Source: Candidatus Limnocylindrales bacterium
Lineage (GTDB): Bacteria; Chloroflexota; Limnocylindria; Limnocylindrales; CSP1-4
Assembly: GCA_035699725.1 (NCBI GenBank)
Contig: DASSPG010000218.1
Span: 1-60,840 of the forward strand
Length of the DNA stretch: 60,840 nt
Direction of reading: 5' to 3'
In this document: positions 1-10,401 of the stretch, one piece after another
Numbering within the stretch: the stretch's first letter is position 1
Layout: every line of letters starts with the position of its first letter
The notes under the pieces: generated by a model
Told to the model about the DNA's origin: nothing
Databases searched by the model: none
The model's input: only the letters and a program-made list of their open reading frames with translations
Made by a program: the position numbers and the translations under genes

Positions 1-1
1 A

Positions 2-2647
2 GTCGTCCGGCTCGTCGGCTTCGAGCCGATGCAGCAGGTCCCGCTCGGAGCCGCCGCCGACCTCCTGCGCGTCCTGGCCGATGCGCCGGGCGATGGCGTC
101 GCGCTCGACCGGCTCGTGTTCGGGAGCGGCGACGATCAGGCACCCGATCCGCTCCGGATCTTCGAGGCGGCCCATCGGGCCCTCGCCGCCTCGGGCGCGC
201 TCCTGATCGCGATCGACGACCTCCAGTGGGTCGACGAGCGCTCGGTCGCGCTCGTCCACTACCTGCTGCGATCTGCGAGCTCGGCGCGCCGGCCCCTGGT
301 CGTGATCTCGATGGCGCGCCCGGGTCCGGTGACGGCTGCCTTCCGGGCCGGACTCGAGGCCGACCTCGTCGCCGACCGTCGCGTCGTCGTCGACCTGGCG
401 CCCCTCGACCTGGCGGACGGCCTGTCACTCGTCCGGTCGATCGACGCGGCGGTGGATGAGCGGACCGGGGCCGACCTCTGGCGGCGCGCGTCCGGATCGC
501 CCTTCTGGCTGGAGGCCCTGGCCCGAAGCCGCGGAACGGCCGATCCTGCCGACCTCATTCTGTACCGGCTCATGGATCTCGGTCCGGATGGCGGCGCGCT
601 CATGTCCACCTTGGCCATCGCCGGTCGGCCCCTGACCGATGCCGAGCTGGCGACGATCCAGCGCTGGAGCGACGGGCGCATCCGCGGTGCCGCACGAGAG
701 CTCGTGGTTCGCGGGCTGGCGCTCGAGATCGCAGGCACGATCGCCCCGGCCCACGACCTCATCCGCGAGGCGACGGTCGCGGGGCTCCCGATCGCGACCC
801 GGAACGCGCTCCATGCCCGACTCGCCGACTGGATCGAGGCCGACGCGGGCGACGACCTCCCGTCCCTGCGCGAGGCACTGGGCCATCGCCTCGCCGCCGG
901 TCGACCGGCGGTCGCGCTCGCCCTGCGTCTCCTCGCCTCGCCACGGCGGCGCCTCCTGAACGGCGCCGACCTTCGCGTGCTCGCCTCGATCAGCGACGAT
1001 CTCGGACCCGGCTCGGCCGAGCGCGTCATCATCGATCGCGGCCTCGGCGAGCTCGGTGCCGTGGTCGGCGAGCTTGACCTCGCACTGGAACGCTGGGGCC
1101 GGGTCAGCGTGGAGGCGACCGACCCGACACAGGCGCGTGATGCGGAGATCGAAGCGGCACGGGCGGCGTACCAACTCGGTCGGAGCAGCGCCGCCCATGA
1201 CCATCTCGATCGGGCGCGCGCGCTGTCCTCGGAGAGCCTCGAGGCCGCGGTCCGGCTCGATGCCCTGCAGGCCGACGTCGAGCTCTGGCTCGACCACCAG
1301 ACCACGGTCGGCCGGACCACCGCCGAGCGCGCGGTCGCCGCGGCCGAGGAGCTGGCGTCAGCCGGCGCGGGCCCGGAAGCGCTGCCGCCCGCGACGCGGC
1401 GGGCGCACCTGGCGGCCGTCATGGCCGCCATCGACGGGGCGATGCAGGAGGACCGCGACGACGACATCATCCGTCTGGCCGACCACTGCCTCGAGATCGC
1501 CCGGGGAGTCGACGACGAGGCCCGGATCGTCGCCCAGATGCGGGTCGGGCAGGCCCTCCGGACCGTGGCCCGGCCGATCGACGGCGAGGCCCACAGTCGT
1601 CGGGCCTGGGAGAGCTCGAAGCATCTCGTCCTGCCCCTGCTGACCGTCGAAGCCGGGTACCGGCTCGCCAGGGCCGTTCGTGACCTGGGCCGTATGTCCG
1701 ACGCCCATGCCGTCGCCCTCGAGACGGGTGCGCTCGAGACACGCCTCACGAACGCCCCCCGGCTGTGGGGCGGTGGCGCATCCGTCCGGCACCTGATCGA
1801 GCTGTCGTTCGCGGATCCGGCGACCGCCCTGCGCGAGCTGAGCCGTGACGCGGAGGCCGAGCCGGACCCGCACTACCGCCAGGACATCCACCTGGCGATC
1901 GCGGTCTGGCAGGCGCGCACGGTCGGCCCGAAGGCCGGTCCCGAGGTGGAGAGCCGGCTCCTCGCCGCACAGGCCGATGCGGAGCTTGCGCGCTGTCCGC
2001 GCCACAGCAACGGCCTCGCCCTCTCCACCGCGGAGCTGCTCGCGCGGATCGGGCGCGTCGAGGAGGCACGCCGGGGGCTCGCCGAGTGGGATCTGCGGCC
2101 GGGAACGTCCCGCGTGAGCCGCGAGCTGTGGCGGCTGCGGGCGGTCGCCGCGATCGCCGCCGCCGACGGCGACATGGCAACAGCGGCCGAGGCGCTCGAG
2201 GCGTATGCAGCGACGCTCGAGCGGGCCGGCCTGAGGCTCGAGCTCATCTGGGCCCGGATCGACCTCGGACGCTGCCTTGCGACGCTGGATCGCAGTCGGG
2301 CGGTGGCTGCGCTCACGGCCGCCGCCGAGCTGGCCGAGGCGTGTGCAGCGGTGAGCGAAGGGCGCCTCGCGAGGCAGCTGCTTCGGCGGCTCGGCGTCCG
2401 CGAATGGCGCCGTGGGCGCGGCGAGGCACGCGACGGAATCACGGGCCTGAGCCACCGTGAGCGCGAGGTGGCCCGGCTGATCGCCGACGGCAGCAGCAAC
2501 CGGGAGATCGCCGAGCGGCTCGTCGTCTCGCCGAAGACCGTCGAACGGCACGTCACGAACATCCTGGCGAAGCTCGGCATGCGGAACCGCACGGAGCTGG
2601 CCTCGCACGTTCTGTCCGGCTCGGTACGGGGTTCACCCGATGAATGA
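2..2647 (+). CDS. LuxR-family regulator, large ATP-binding (LAL/MalT-like) type; 5' end cut by the window edge
   Basis: The frame is open from base 2 with no upstream stop in the window. [15 protein letters not shown] looks like the Walker-B region of an AAA_16-type NTPase whose P-loop would lie upstream. The middle is a long Ala/Leu/Arg helical-repeat region. The C-terminus carries a LuxR HTH: [44 protein letters not shown]. Confidence 0.85.
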   Translation, partial: VVRLVGFEPMQQVPLGAAADLLRVLADAPGDGVALDRLVFGSGDDQAPDPLRIFEAAHRALAASGALLIAIDDLQWVDERSVALVHYLLRSASSARRPLVVISMARPGPVTAAFRAGLEADLVADRRVVVDLAPLDLADGLSLVRSIDAAVDERTGADLWRRASGSPFWLEALARSRGTADPADLILYRLMDLGPDGGALMSTLAIAGRPLTDAELATIQRWSDGRIRGAARELVVRGLALEIAGTIAPAHDLIREATVAGLPIATRNALHARLADWIEADAGDDLPSLREALGHRLAAGRPAVALALRLLASPRRRLLNGADLRVLASISDDLGPGSAERVIIDRGLGELGAVVGELDLALERWGRVSVEATDPTQARDAEIEAARAAYQLGRSSAAHDHLDRARALSSESLEAAVRLDALQADVELWLDHQTTVGRTTAERAVAAAEELASAGAGPEALPPATRRAHLAAVMAAIDGAMQEDRDDDIIRLADHCLEIARGVDDEARIVAQMRVGQALRTVARPIDGEAHSRRAWESSKHLVLPLLTVEAGYRLARAVRDLGRMSDAHAVALETGALETRLTNAPRLWGGGASVRHLIELSFADPATALRELSRDAEAEPDPHYRQDIHLAIAVWQARTVGPKAGPEVESRLLAAQADAELARCPRHSNGLALSTAELLARIGRVEEARRGLAEWDLRPGTSRVSRELWRLRAVAAIAAADGDMATAAEALEAYAATLERAGLRLELIWARIDLGRCLATLDRSRAVAALTAAAELAEACAAVSEGRLARQLLRRLGVREWRRGRGEARDGITGLSHREREVARLIADGSSNREIAERLVVSPKTVERHVTNILAKLGMRNRTELASHVLSGSVRGSPDE

Positions 2648-2716
2648 GGGTCGCCCGCCCGCCTAGTCTCCGGCGCAGACCCACGAGGGTCGCCCAGCAA
2701 CGCAGGAGGCGCCCAG

Positions 2717-2992
2717 ATGCCCGTCGTCATGCTCGTGGCCGGGCCCGAGACGCCAGAGCCGGTCGTCGGACCCGAGGCCGCCGAGCGCCTCGCCCGACTC
2801 GGCATCGCGCGAATCTCGCTGCTGAGCGACCCGTCAGGGATCGGGGTCGTGCTGGAAGGCTGGGCCTTCAACCCGGCCGCTGTCGACGAGGCCGTTCGGG
2901 CCATGTTCCCGGGCGGCAAAGCCGGCCTGCGAGTCCTCCGCGAGATCGAGCACGTCGCGGTGGCCGTCGCGGCCGGCCAAGGGAGGACATGA
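2717..2992 (+). CDS. hypothetical small protein (91 aa)
   Basis: AGGAGG lies about 8 nt upstream of the ATG. Codon position 3 is strongly G/C biased. No recognisable domain. Confidence 0.5.
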   Translation: MPVVMLVAGPETPEPVVGPEAAERLARLGIARISLLSDPSGIGVVLEGWAFNPAAVDEAVRAMFPGGKAGLRVLREIEHVAVAVAAGQGRT

Positions 2993-2993
2993 C

Positions 2994-3356
2994 ATGTCAA
3001 GGCGAACCTTCGGCCGAGCCCTGGCGGGCGTCACCACGGCCGGCGCGCTGCTGCTGGTGACCGCGATCCCCGTGGCAGCCCACTCCCACTACGCGGAGAA
3101 CGGCCAGGCCGGCGCCGGCCAGGTCCTCGCCAACGGCCAGAACCACCCGCGCTTCATCGCCAACGGCGACGGCACCTTCTCGTCCTGCCTGAGCTATGGG
3201 CCGGTGCCCGGTGGATCCATCGGGCACGCGTGGTACGGGCTCGAGACCGCGCACCACGGTCCCGACTCGGGCGATCCCGGCAAGGGCGACGGCTGCTACA
3301 CGGCCGACGGCAGTCCCGGCGCCGGCCAGGACGACCAGAATCCCGCGATCCGCTGA
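2994..3356 (+). CDS. hypothetical secreted His/Gly/Asp-rich protein (120 aa)
   Basis: GGGAGGA lies upstream, and the ATG is 1 nt after the stop of the previous gene. The N-terminus MSRRTFGRALAGVTTAGALLLVTAIPVAA looks like a signal peptide. The mature part has two Cys and several His. GC3 is high. No family recognised. Confidence 0.55.
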   Translation: MSRRTFGRALAGVTTAGALLLVTAIPVAAHSHYAENGQAGAGQVLANGQNHPRFIANGDGTFSSCLSYGPVPGGSIGHAWYGLETAHHGPDSGDPGKGDGCYTADGSPGAGQDDQNPAIR

Positions 3357-3505
3357 TTCCGGGCCCGGGGCGAGTCGCGAGGCTCGTCCCGGGCCTCCTC
3401 ACCGGTGACTGATCGCCGGCAGGCGCCCTGGCCGCGGTTTTCCGCGGTCAGGGGACTCGGCTACAATTCGGCGCCGAACTCTGGGTGATCCCGGGTTCGC
3501 GGCAC

Positions 3506-3580
3506 TGGCGAGTGGCCAAGCGGTAAGGCGCCTGACTCTGGATCAGGAGACCGAAGGTTCGAATCCTTCCTCGCCAGCCA
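3506..3580 (+). tRNA. tRNA-Gln (anticodon CTG), CCA encoded
   Basis: The cloverleaf folds by hand. Acceptor TGGCGAG/CTCGCCA (U1-A72). D arm GCC-AAGCGGTAA-GGC. Anticodon stem CCTGA/TCAGG with loop CTCTGGA. T arm GAAGG-TTCGAAT-CCTTC. Discriminator G followed by CCA. The D arm matches E. coli tRNA-Gln as I recall it. Confidence 0.93.
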
Positions 3581-3585
3581 ACCTT

Positions 3586-3624
3586 CAACATCTCGGGCAC
3601 AGCGCCGCTGACGGCCAGATGTTG
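3586..3624 (+). terminator. possible tRNA-trailer hairpin (8-bp stem CAACATCT/AGATGTTG, about 23-nt loop)
   Basis: An inverted repeat read directly from the sequence 6 nt after the tRNA 3' end, in a locally less GC-rich patch. There is no U-tract, so terminator function is unproven. Confidence 0.2.
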
Positions 3625-3654
3625 GGGTTGCGGCCTCACTCGGGCACTGCGCCG
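3592..3654. repeat. 16-nt direct repeat CTCGGGCAC(A/T)GCGCCG, two copies (3592-3607 and 3639-3654)
   Basis: Read directly from the sequence, 15/16 identical, 47 nt start-to-start, in the non-coding tract after tRNA-Gln. Confidence 0.4.
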
Positions 3655-3857
3655 AGCGGATACCGCGCCGAGGAGGTCCGGTCGCGGCTTCCTCGCTGAC
3701 TCCGTCCCGCACTCTTCGCCCGGCTGGGAGCGCCCACCGACTGGCACGCAAGCGGCCCAGAGACGCCTCCGAGACCTTGGACGGCGGCCAGGAGGGTGGC
3801 GGGTCGCCGCGGTCGGTGAGGAGCCAGGCGACGATCTCCGCCCGCGCGAGCCCACCG

Positions 3858-4310
3858 CTACAGCCGACCGGACTCCATCATGACCTTCAGGTTGTCGAGG
3901 TCACGCTGGAACCGGCGGCCGAAGATCGCCATGAAGGGGCGACTGCCGAGTGGCTTCCAGAGCCCAGCCGGTTCGATCTCCCACGTCCAGTCGACCCTCG
4001 TGCCACCGTCGACCGGTGTGAACGTGTACCACGTGCGACCAGTCCCTCCCCAGGGCGCACTGACGAGCTTCAGCGCCACCTTGCGGTTGGGCTCGAGCTC
4101 GGTCACCTCCATCACGTTCTCCATGGTGCCGCCGAACGGACCCTTGGCCACGGCGCGGCGACGGCTCCCGACACCGGGTGGCCCAGGCGTGATGAGCTCG
4201 GCCTCGATGGCGTTGGCGGACCACTTCGTCGACTTCGTTGGATCGGTGAGCACTGCGAACACGTCTTCCACCGGTCGCGCGATGGTGACGCTGACGTCGG
4301 CTCTTCCCAT
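3858..4310 (-). CDS. SRPBCC (START/polyketide-cyclase-like) family protein
   Basis: An internal ATG was chosen because the ORF track extends to 4493. MGRADVSVTIARPVEDVFAVLTDPTKSTKWS is the typical SRPBCC N-terminus, and the size is about 150 aa. Confidence 0.7.
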   Translation of the reverse strand: MGRADVSVTIARPVEDVFAVLTDPTKSTKWSANAIEAELITPGPPGVGSRRRAVAKGPFGGTMENVMEVTELEPNRKVALKLVSAPWGGTGRTWYTFTPVDGGTRVDWTWEIEPAGLWKPLGSRPFMAIFGRRFQRDLDNLKVMMESGRL

Positions 4311-4517
4311 CTGTGATGACCTCCTGCGGGGCCCGCCGACGAGCGGGTGCGAGCGCTCCGCGTTCATCCTGCACGAGGCCGACCGGGTGCCGTCCCTGGC
4401 AGCCCTCGGGAGCGGTCGGCGCGCTGCTCCGGCCGGCTGCGCGCTGCGTGGCGCGGGGCCTCGGTTGGGCGGGATCCTCGTCCGACGTGACACGGGAGGC
4501 GTGTCGCGCCGAGGTGG

Positions 4518-5141
4518 TCAGCCAACGCCGAGCCGTGCCCGGAGCAGGAGCACGCCGGCCCACGCGTAGAAGCCGACGAGTCCGACGAGCGCCACCAGCC
4601 CGGCAACGGCGATGACAGGGTGCTCGCGACCCAGCAGCGGGAATCCCAGCGACGTGAGCGCCAGGCCGGCGCCACCGGCGATCCCCAGCCAGCCGAGAGC
4701 CGACGGCACCGCGGCTGCCGCCGCGAGCAGGGCGGCCGTCACCAACAGCCAGACCCCGATCAACCCGTTCCCCACCGTGATGAGCGTCAGCGTGGCGTCG
4801 AATGTCATCGCCTGCAGCACGAGCAGGGCGCTGAAGCCGGCGACCAGGGGCACGCCGCCGAGGTCTGCCGCCATGGCGACCCTTGCCAGCGAGACGGAGG
4901 TCCGAGACGCCACCGGGTAGAGCGCCAGCGCCAGCGGCACGGTCACGACGGCCATGGCGATCGTGTTGAGGTCGTTGAGCACGCCGAGCAATGCGGATCC
5001 GGTGCCGAAGAAGGCAAGCAGTGTCAGCAGCCCGGTCACCGTCAGGATCGCCGCGGCGATGGCCGACCAGCCTGCCAGCTTCTGCCACCCGCCCCTTGTC
5101 GGTGCGGCGGGACGTCCCCCCTGACCGAGCAGTGTGCTCAT
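4518..5141 (-). CDS. integral membrane protein, function unknown
   Basis: About six hydrophobic helices. Start taken at MSTLLGQ, 1 nt downstream of the stop of the preceding gene. Resembles the neighbouring 187-aa membrane protein in size and composition. Confidence 0.6.
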   Translation of the reverse strand: MSTLLGQGGRPAAPTRGGWQKLAGWSAIAAAILTVTGLLTLLAFFGTGSALLGVLNDLNTIAMAVVTVPLALALYPVASRTSVSLARVAMAADLGGVPLVAGFSALLVLQAMTFDATLTLITVGNGLIGVWLLVTAALLAAAAAVPSALGWLGIAGGAGLALTSLGFPLLGREHPVIAVAGLVALVGLVGFYAWAGVLLLRARLGVG

Positions 5142-5142
5142 C

Positions 5143-5706
5143 TCAATTCCGAAGCCAGAGCGCCAGGCCGATCCAGGCCAGGCCGGCGGCAAGCAGGATC
5201 CCGAATGAGGCCGAGCCGACCTGGCCGGCAGCCGGCGGAAGGAACTCGGCGATGAAGAAGACGAAGAAGAAGCCTGCGGTCGCCGCGAGCAGCAGAACGG
5301 CGGCTGCCCGCGGGAACACGTCCGCCTGGAGCGTCGCGATAGCCGTGAGCAGCAGGCCCAGCGTCAGGGCGATGCCCAGACCGAAGACCACGGCGTTCTC
5401 CCCGGACGCCTTCATGATGGACGGATGGAGCAGCGGCGTTGCCGCAATCACGACCGGCAACAGCAGGCCCGTCATCAAGAGCGCGTGCCCCACGAGCCCA
5501 AGAGTGCCCGTCGCATCCGCCTGGGCCGCGTACATGCCCGGCAGCGCCAGGAGCAGCAGTACCGCCGAACCGAACAGGAGCGCGGCGACGGCCGGCGAGA
5601 ATGGCTGGTTCACCACCGGCCGGAGCGAGATCAGGCTGATCGCCAGCCCGAGAGCGAGCGCGCCGCTCATCAGGACCGGGCCGCTCCAATGGATCGCGGC
5701 ATTCAC
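5143..5706 (-). CDS. integral membrane protein, function unknown
   Basis: Almost entirely hydrophobic Ala/Leu/Gly-rich helices. Adjoins the next gene with a 1-nt spacer. Confidence 0.6.
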   Translation of the reverse strand: MNAAIHWSGPVLMSGALALGLAISLISLRPVVNQPFSPAVAALLFGSAVLLLLALPGMYAAQADATGTLGLVGHALLMTGLLLPVVIAATPLLHPSIMKASGENAVVFGLGIALTLGLLLTAIATLQADVFPRAAAVLLLAATAGFFFVFFIAEFLPPAAGQVGSASFGILLAAGLAWIGLALWLRN

Positions 5707-5805
5707 TGACTGCCCCTCTGACCCTGAGCCGGAACACTGGTTCGCCCTCTCGAGGACCGGCGTCCTACCCGGAGCGGCACGCGTCGGCGGTGAGGGCCCA
5801 TGACC

Positions 5806-6303
5806 TTACAGACCAAAGCGCATGAGGATCATGCACGTGAAGATGACGAAGAATCCGAGGAGCTCAAGCGATACCAGCTTCTTCACCCGGTTCGTGGCGG
5901 CCTCCAGCTCCGGCGTCGGCGTCCCGTCCACGTTGAGCGGCACGCGATCCATCGCGCGCAGTGCGGGGATGATGACGAACAGTCCCCAGAGGTAGGTCAG
6001 GATCGCCACGACGAGCGCGACGAGCCAGGTCAGGCCATACGCGGTGCCCAGGAGGACATCGAGGCTCTTGATCGGCCCCAGGAGTGTCCCCCGGATGAAT
6101 CCGAGCGCGATGACGAGTGGCGCCACGACATGGAGGATCGGCGTCGCCCGCGACCCGATGAGCGAGGCGACCTCACGCTGGGCCACGATCGGCAGGCGGT
6201 TGATGGCCGGGATGACGATCACATCGAGGACGAGCGCGTTACCGAACCACAGGATGCCGAGCAGGACGTGGAGCCACTGCACACCGAACACGACCCAGTC
6301 CAT
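5806..6303 (-). CDS. integral membrane protein (four predicted helices; CopD/DUF4149-like N-terminal WLHVLLGILWFG motif)
   Basis: Hydrophobicity pattern. A His-x-Trp-x-Gly motif sits in helix 1. The family assignment is tentative. Confidence 0.55.
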   Translation of the reverse strand: MDWVVFGVQWLHVLLGILWFGNALVLDVIVIPAINRLPIVAQREVASLIGSRATPILHVVAPLVIALGFIRGTLLGPIKSLDVLLGTAYGLTWLVALVVAILTYLWGLFVIIPALRAMDRVPLNVDGTPTPELEAATNRVKKLVSLELLGFFVIFTCMILMRFGL

Positions 6304-6493
6304 GATCGTCTAGTCCCACCATATGCTTGGCAGAGGGGTGCCGCTCCGAGTTCGCACGACGTGCCGACGTCCCTGTCGGTCCATGCGCCGATGACCCTAC
6401 GCCGAGGTTCGGGCGGGGTCCATCCCACGAATCTGGTGCCATCCCTTGTCGCGGACGCCTGCGCGACGCCACAATCGGACGGTGGCTACCACG

Positions 6494-7633
6494 ATGAACG
6501 GCGGTCGCGCGCGCTTCGTGCGGCTGCTGCACCGCGGGCTGGACCTTGGCGCCTATTTCGACGCCGCCGATCGGACCCTGGCCGGCATCGTTCCGTTCGA
6601 CAGCTCGTGCTGGCTCAGCATCGATCCCGGCATGAGACTGCCGACGAGCCACTTCTCGCGGCAGTTCGGCACGGATCACCTCAGGGCGCTGGCTGCGAAT
6701 GAGTTCCTCGAGGATGACCTGAACAAGTTCGCCGACCTGTCGCGCGCCAGCCGACCCGTCGGCATCCTGAGCCAGGCGACAGGCGGCGACCTTCGCCGCA
6801 GTGCGCGCTTCGTGCAGGTGCTCGAGCCGCATGGGTACGGTGCCGGCGACGAGTTGCGAGCCGTGTTCCGCGACGGTCAGTCGGTGTGGGGTTGCGCAGC
6901 CTTCCATCGTCGGCGGGGCACATTCGATGACCGCGAGGCGCGGCTCGTCGACGACGTGGGCGGCTACGTCGCCGAGGGCATCCGCCGGGCGATCCTCCGG
7001 ACCGCCCTGGCCGTCGACAGCGAGCCGGATCCGCCGGGCCTCATCATCCTCCGCGGTGACGACTCGGTCGAGAGCCTCACGCCCGCGGCCAGGCGCTGGC
7101 TCGGCGAGATCTTCGACTCGTTCGGCGAATCAATGGACGTGCCGATGACCGTGCTGAGCGTCGCCCACCAGGCTCGGCGTGCGGCCGGCGGCGGTGCCGA
7201 GGACGTCGCCACCGTTCGCCTACCGAGGCGGGTGGGAGGATGGCTTCGCCTCGACGCCTCGCTGCTCGACGCAGAGACCCATGGTCGGGTGGCGGTCATC
7301 GTCCACCCTGCCCGCGAGCCAGAGGTCGCCAGCCTGATCGTCGAGGTCTACGGGCTGTCAGCGCGCGAGCGCGAGGTGACCCGCCTCGTGCTGCATGGCC
7401 GCTCGACGCAGGACATCGCGGGCCTCCTCCAGGTCTCTCCGTACACCGTCCAGGACCACCTGAAGTCGATCTTCGCGAAGGTCGGCGTGCGCAGCCGCCG
7501 AGAGCTCGTGGCACAGCTCTTCCTCCGGCAATGCGCGCCACGACTCGAGGCCGGCACAGGCGTGGCTGCTGATGGTTGGTTCGTGAGTGGGCCCGTCGCG
7601 GCGTTGCCTTCGGACGATGTCGCCGTCACGTGA
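6494..7633 (+). CDS. LuxR-family transcriptional regulator with GAF-like N-terminal sensor region
   Basis: C-terminal HTH: LSAREREVTRLVLHGRSTQDIAGLLQVSPYTVQDHLKSIFAKVGV. ATG at 6494 was chosen; the track uses a TTG at 6446. Confidence 0.85.
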   Translation: MNGGRARFVRLLHRGLDLGAYFDAADRTLAGIVPFDSSCWLSIDPGMRLPTSHFSRQFGTDHLRALAANEFLEDDLNKFADLSRASRPVGILSQATGGDLRRSARFVQVLEPHGYGAGDELRAVFRDGQSVWGCAAFHRRRGTFDDREARLVDDVGGYVAEGIRRAILRTALAVDSEPDPPGLIILRGDDSVESLTPAARRWLGEIFDSFGESMDVPMTVLSVAHQARRAAGGGAEDVATVRLPRRVGGWLRLDASLLDAETHGRVAVIVHPAREPEVASLIVEVYGLSAREREVTRLVLHGRSTQDIAGLLQVSPYTVQDHLKSIFAKVGVRSRRELVAQLFLRQCAPRLEAGTGVAADGWFVSGPVAALPSDDVAVT

Positions 7634-7839
7634 TCCGCTCGCGTGAGCCAGGTACGCCGCCCTGCGTCCTCGGGCGGGAGTCGGTCGCCTGCGGGTGGCG
7701 CGGGCGAAGGTCCGACGGGGAATGAGAGCTGCGTGCGCCCGCACGCGTCCGCTCTCTAACCTCGCCCTCATGTGCTCTTCAGCTCGGAGGTCGATCGTCG
7801 TGCGTGGCGCAATCGGCGCTGGACTGCGAGGTGATCGCG

Positions 7840-8082
7840 ATGATGGGCTGGAACGTGGATGGCGGGGCTTGGCTCGGCATGGGATTCGGGATGCTGGTGT
7901 GGCTCGTCCTTGCCGTCATGGTCGTCTGGCTGATCGTTCGGGGCCTGATCGAGCTCGAACGGACGCGGACCGGAGGCGACGTGGGCTCACGGCCGGACGA
8001 GATCCTGCGCGAACGATTCGCTCGCGGGGAGATCGACCCTGACGAGTTCGAGCGGCGGCTGGCGCTCCTCCAGGGCAAGTAG
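7840..8082 (+). CDS. SHOCT-domain membrane protein
   Basis: One TM helix ([21 protein letters not shown]) followed by the SHOCT signature [22 protein letters not shown]. The start is ambiguous (GTG 7804, ATG 7840 or ATG 7843). Confidence 0.75.
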   Translation: MMGWNVDGGAWLGMGFGMLVWLVLAVMVVWLIVRGLIELERTRTGGDVGSRPDEILRERFARGEIDPDEFERRLALLQGK

Positions 8083-8132
8083 CCGGCCAGGCGCCGGGCA
8101 AACCCGTGGTGCGCGACTCGTATGCTGCCGGC

Positions 8133-8813
8133 ATGAGCGACGCAACGCGCATCCTCGTCGTCGATGACGACCCCAAGCTACGGACCGTCGTCCGGCGTGG
8201 CCTCGCCTACGAGGGGTACCGCGTCGTCGAAGCCGCCAGCGGCGAGGAGGGCCTCGAGAAGGCTCGCGAACACCTCCCCGAGCTCGTCGTCCTCGACATC
8301 ATGCTGCCGGGCATCGATGGTCTCGAGGTGACGCGGCGGCTTCGAGCAGCCGGTGACGAGATCTCCATTCTGATGCTGACCGCGAGAGACGAGGTCAGGG
8401 ACCGGGTGGAGGGCCTGGAGACAGGCGCGGACGACTACCTCGTTAAGCCATTCAGCTTCGAGGAGCTGCTCGCGAGGGTCCACGCGCTCCTTCGACGGCG
8501 GCAGACGCCGGCTGGCGAGGTCCTTCGCTTCGCCGACCTCGAGCTCGATGTCGACGCCCGTGAGGCAACGCGCGGCGGCCGGACGATCGAGCTGACAACG
8601 ACCGAGTTCAATCTCCTGCTCCTGTTCATGCGACATCCTCGGAAGGTGCTCACGCGGGACGTGATCATGGAGCGCGTCTGGGCCTACGACTTCGAGGGAG
8701 AGTCAAACGTCCTCGAGGTGTACGTCCGATACCTACGCAGCAAGCTCGAGTCGAACGGCGAGTCGCGCCTGATCCACACGATCCGGGGCGCGGGCTACGT
8801 CCTCAAGGAGTGA
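8133..8813 (+). CDS. OmpR-family response regulator
   Basis: Receiver motifs [29 protein letters not shown] and DDYLVKPF. Winged-helix C-terminus ending [11 protein letters not shown]. Confidence 0.92.
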   Translation: MSDATRILVVDDDPKLRTVVRRGLAYEGYRVVEAASGEEGLEKAREHLPELVVLDIMLPGIDGLEVTRRLRAAGDEISILMLTARDEVRDRVEGLETGADDYLVKPFSFEELLARVHALLRRRQTPAGEVLRFADLELDVDAREATRGGRTIELTTTEFNLLLLFMRHPRKVLTRDVIMERVWAYDFEGESNVLEVYVRYLRSKLESNGESRLIHTIRGAGYVLKE

Positions 8814-10216
8814 ACCGCCTTCCGCGCCGGCGATCGATTCGGACGCGACTGGCGCTCATCTACACCGGCCTGCTGGCGGTCGCACTGATCGCCTTCGGCG
8901 CAGGTCTTTTCTTCGTGCTCCGCGCGCAGCTCGAGGCCTCGTTCGATGTCGGCCTCCGTGCAAACGCGGAGCATGCCAGCGGCGCCTTCGCCCAGGACGT
9001 CGATGCCTCGGGTGCGCTCAGCCCATCGCAACGACTGGTCGACCAGTTCGCATCGACCGGCGGAAGGGTCGTCATCCTCGACCCGAGTGGGTCGGTCCTC
9101 GGCGATTCAGCGGGGTCGGGCGCCACGCCGCTGCCGGTCGCCGCTGAGGACCTCATCGCCGCCGATCGGCGTGACCACGTGACCCGCGATGTTCGATGGG
9201 CCGACGACGTGCTCCGCATCACCGTCGAACCGGTCATCGCCGCGGACGGCCGTCAGATGGGCTACGTGGCATGGGCGGAATCGACGCGGCGGCTCCGGGA
9301 TGTCCTGACGGATGTCGGCTCGTCACTCGTTCTGGGTGCATGTGTCGTCGTGCTCCTCGCTCTCGCGGGCGGTCTTGTTCTCGCCCGCGGTGCGCTCGCG
9401 CCGGTGGCCGAGGTGACGGACACCGCGCGGGCCATCGCCCTGTCTGGTGACTTCGCGGCACGCGTTGACGCCGGCCGGCCCGGCGACGAGGTCGGCGACC
9501 TGGCCGTCGCGTTCAACGAGATGTTGGCCGCCCTCGAGCACAACCACCAGACCCTCCAGCGATTCCTCGGCGACGCCTCTCACCAACTGCGCACCCCGCT
9601 GACGACCATCCGGGCGAACCTCGACCTTGCCAGGCGACAGGACGTGCCCGACGAGGACCGACGCGCGATCCTCGCGGACGCCCGCGACGAGGCCGAACGG
9701 ATGGCCCGCCTCGTGACGGACCTGCTTGCGCTCGCTCGGGCGGACTCAGGCGCACGGCTGGACGTCGCTCCGGTCGAGCTCGACGCCGTCGTGGTCGAAG
9801 CCGTTCGGCGCCAGGCACAGGCCGCGTCGCATGTGAAGATGACCGTCTCGGTCGCACCGGCCCTCGTGGATGGCGACCGGGACCGGCTCGCCGACCTCCT
9901 CGGCGTCCTCCTCGACAACGCCGCGCGCTACACGCCGGACGGCGGCTCGGTCGATACGGAGCTGTCCATCAACGATGGACTGGCCGTGCTGCGGGTCAGT
10001 GACACCGGGATCGGGCTGACCGACGAGGATCGCCGACGCGTCTTCGAGCGGCTGTACCGCGGAACGCGAGCGCGCGGGCTCCGTCCGTCGGGCACTGGTC
10101 TGGGGCTTGCCATCGCACGGTGGATCGTCGAGTCGCATGGCGGGACGATCGAGCTCACGAACCGTGACGGCGGCGGTGCTCGAGCGACGATCATGCTGCC
10201 TCTGCACGAGCCATGA
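8810..10216 (+). CDS. sensor histidine kinase (2 TM, extracytoplasmic loop, HAMP, HisKA, HATPase_c)
   Basis: 4-nt overlap with the response regulator gene. H-box [17 protein letters not shown]-box [10 protein letters not shown]-boxes SDTGIGL and [10 protein letters not shown]. Confidence 0.92.
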   Translation: MNRLPRRRSIRTRLALIYTGLLAVALIAFGAGLFFVLRAQLEASFDVGLRANAEHASGAFAQDVDASGALSPSQRLVDQFASTGGRVVILDPSGSVLGDSAGSGATPLPVAAEDLIAADRRDHVTRDVRWADDVLRITVEPVIAADGRQMGYVAWAESTRRLRDVLTDVGSSLVLGACVVVLLALAGGLVLARGALAPVAEVTDTARAIALSGDFAARVDAGRPGDEVGDLAVAFNEMLAALEHNHQTLQRFLGDASHQLRTPLTTIRANLDLARRQDVPDEDRRAILADARDEAERMARLVTDLLALARADSGARLDVAPVELDAVVVEAVRRQAQAASHVKMTVSVAPALVDGDRDRLADLLGVLLDNAARYTPDGGSVDTELSINDGLAVLRVSDTGIGLTDEDRRRVFERLYRGTRARGLRPSGTGLGLAIARWIVESHGGTIELTNRDGGGARATIMLPLHEP

Positions 10217-10401
10217 GAGCACTGGGACGAGCCGCACCGTCGTGAGGCCGTCAGCCGCCCCTGGCACCCGACCAGGGTCCGTCTCCGATGCCGTGGCGGC
10301 TGGATCCGACGAAGTCTCACTCCCGGTTCAGGTTCGCCTCAGCGTCGTCGATCACGCTCGGGGACAGATGCAGCCATGGAGCTGCGACAGAGGCTCTGAC
10401 G

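Noticed and set aside
3506-7633. Genomic island integrated at tRNA-Gln.
   Set aside because: There is no integrase, excisionase or transposase. I could not spot a repeat of the tRNA 3' end downstream. The flanking genes have the same GC and codon character as the rest of the window.
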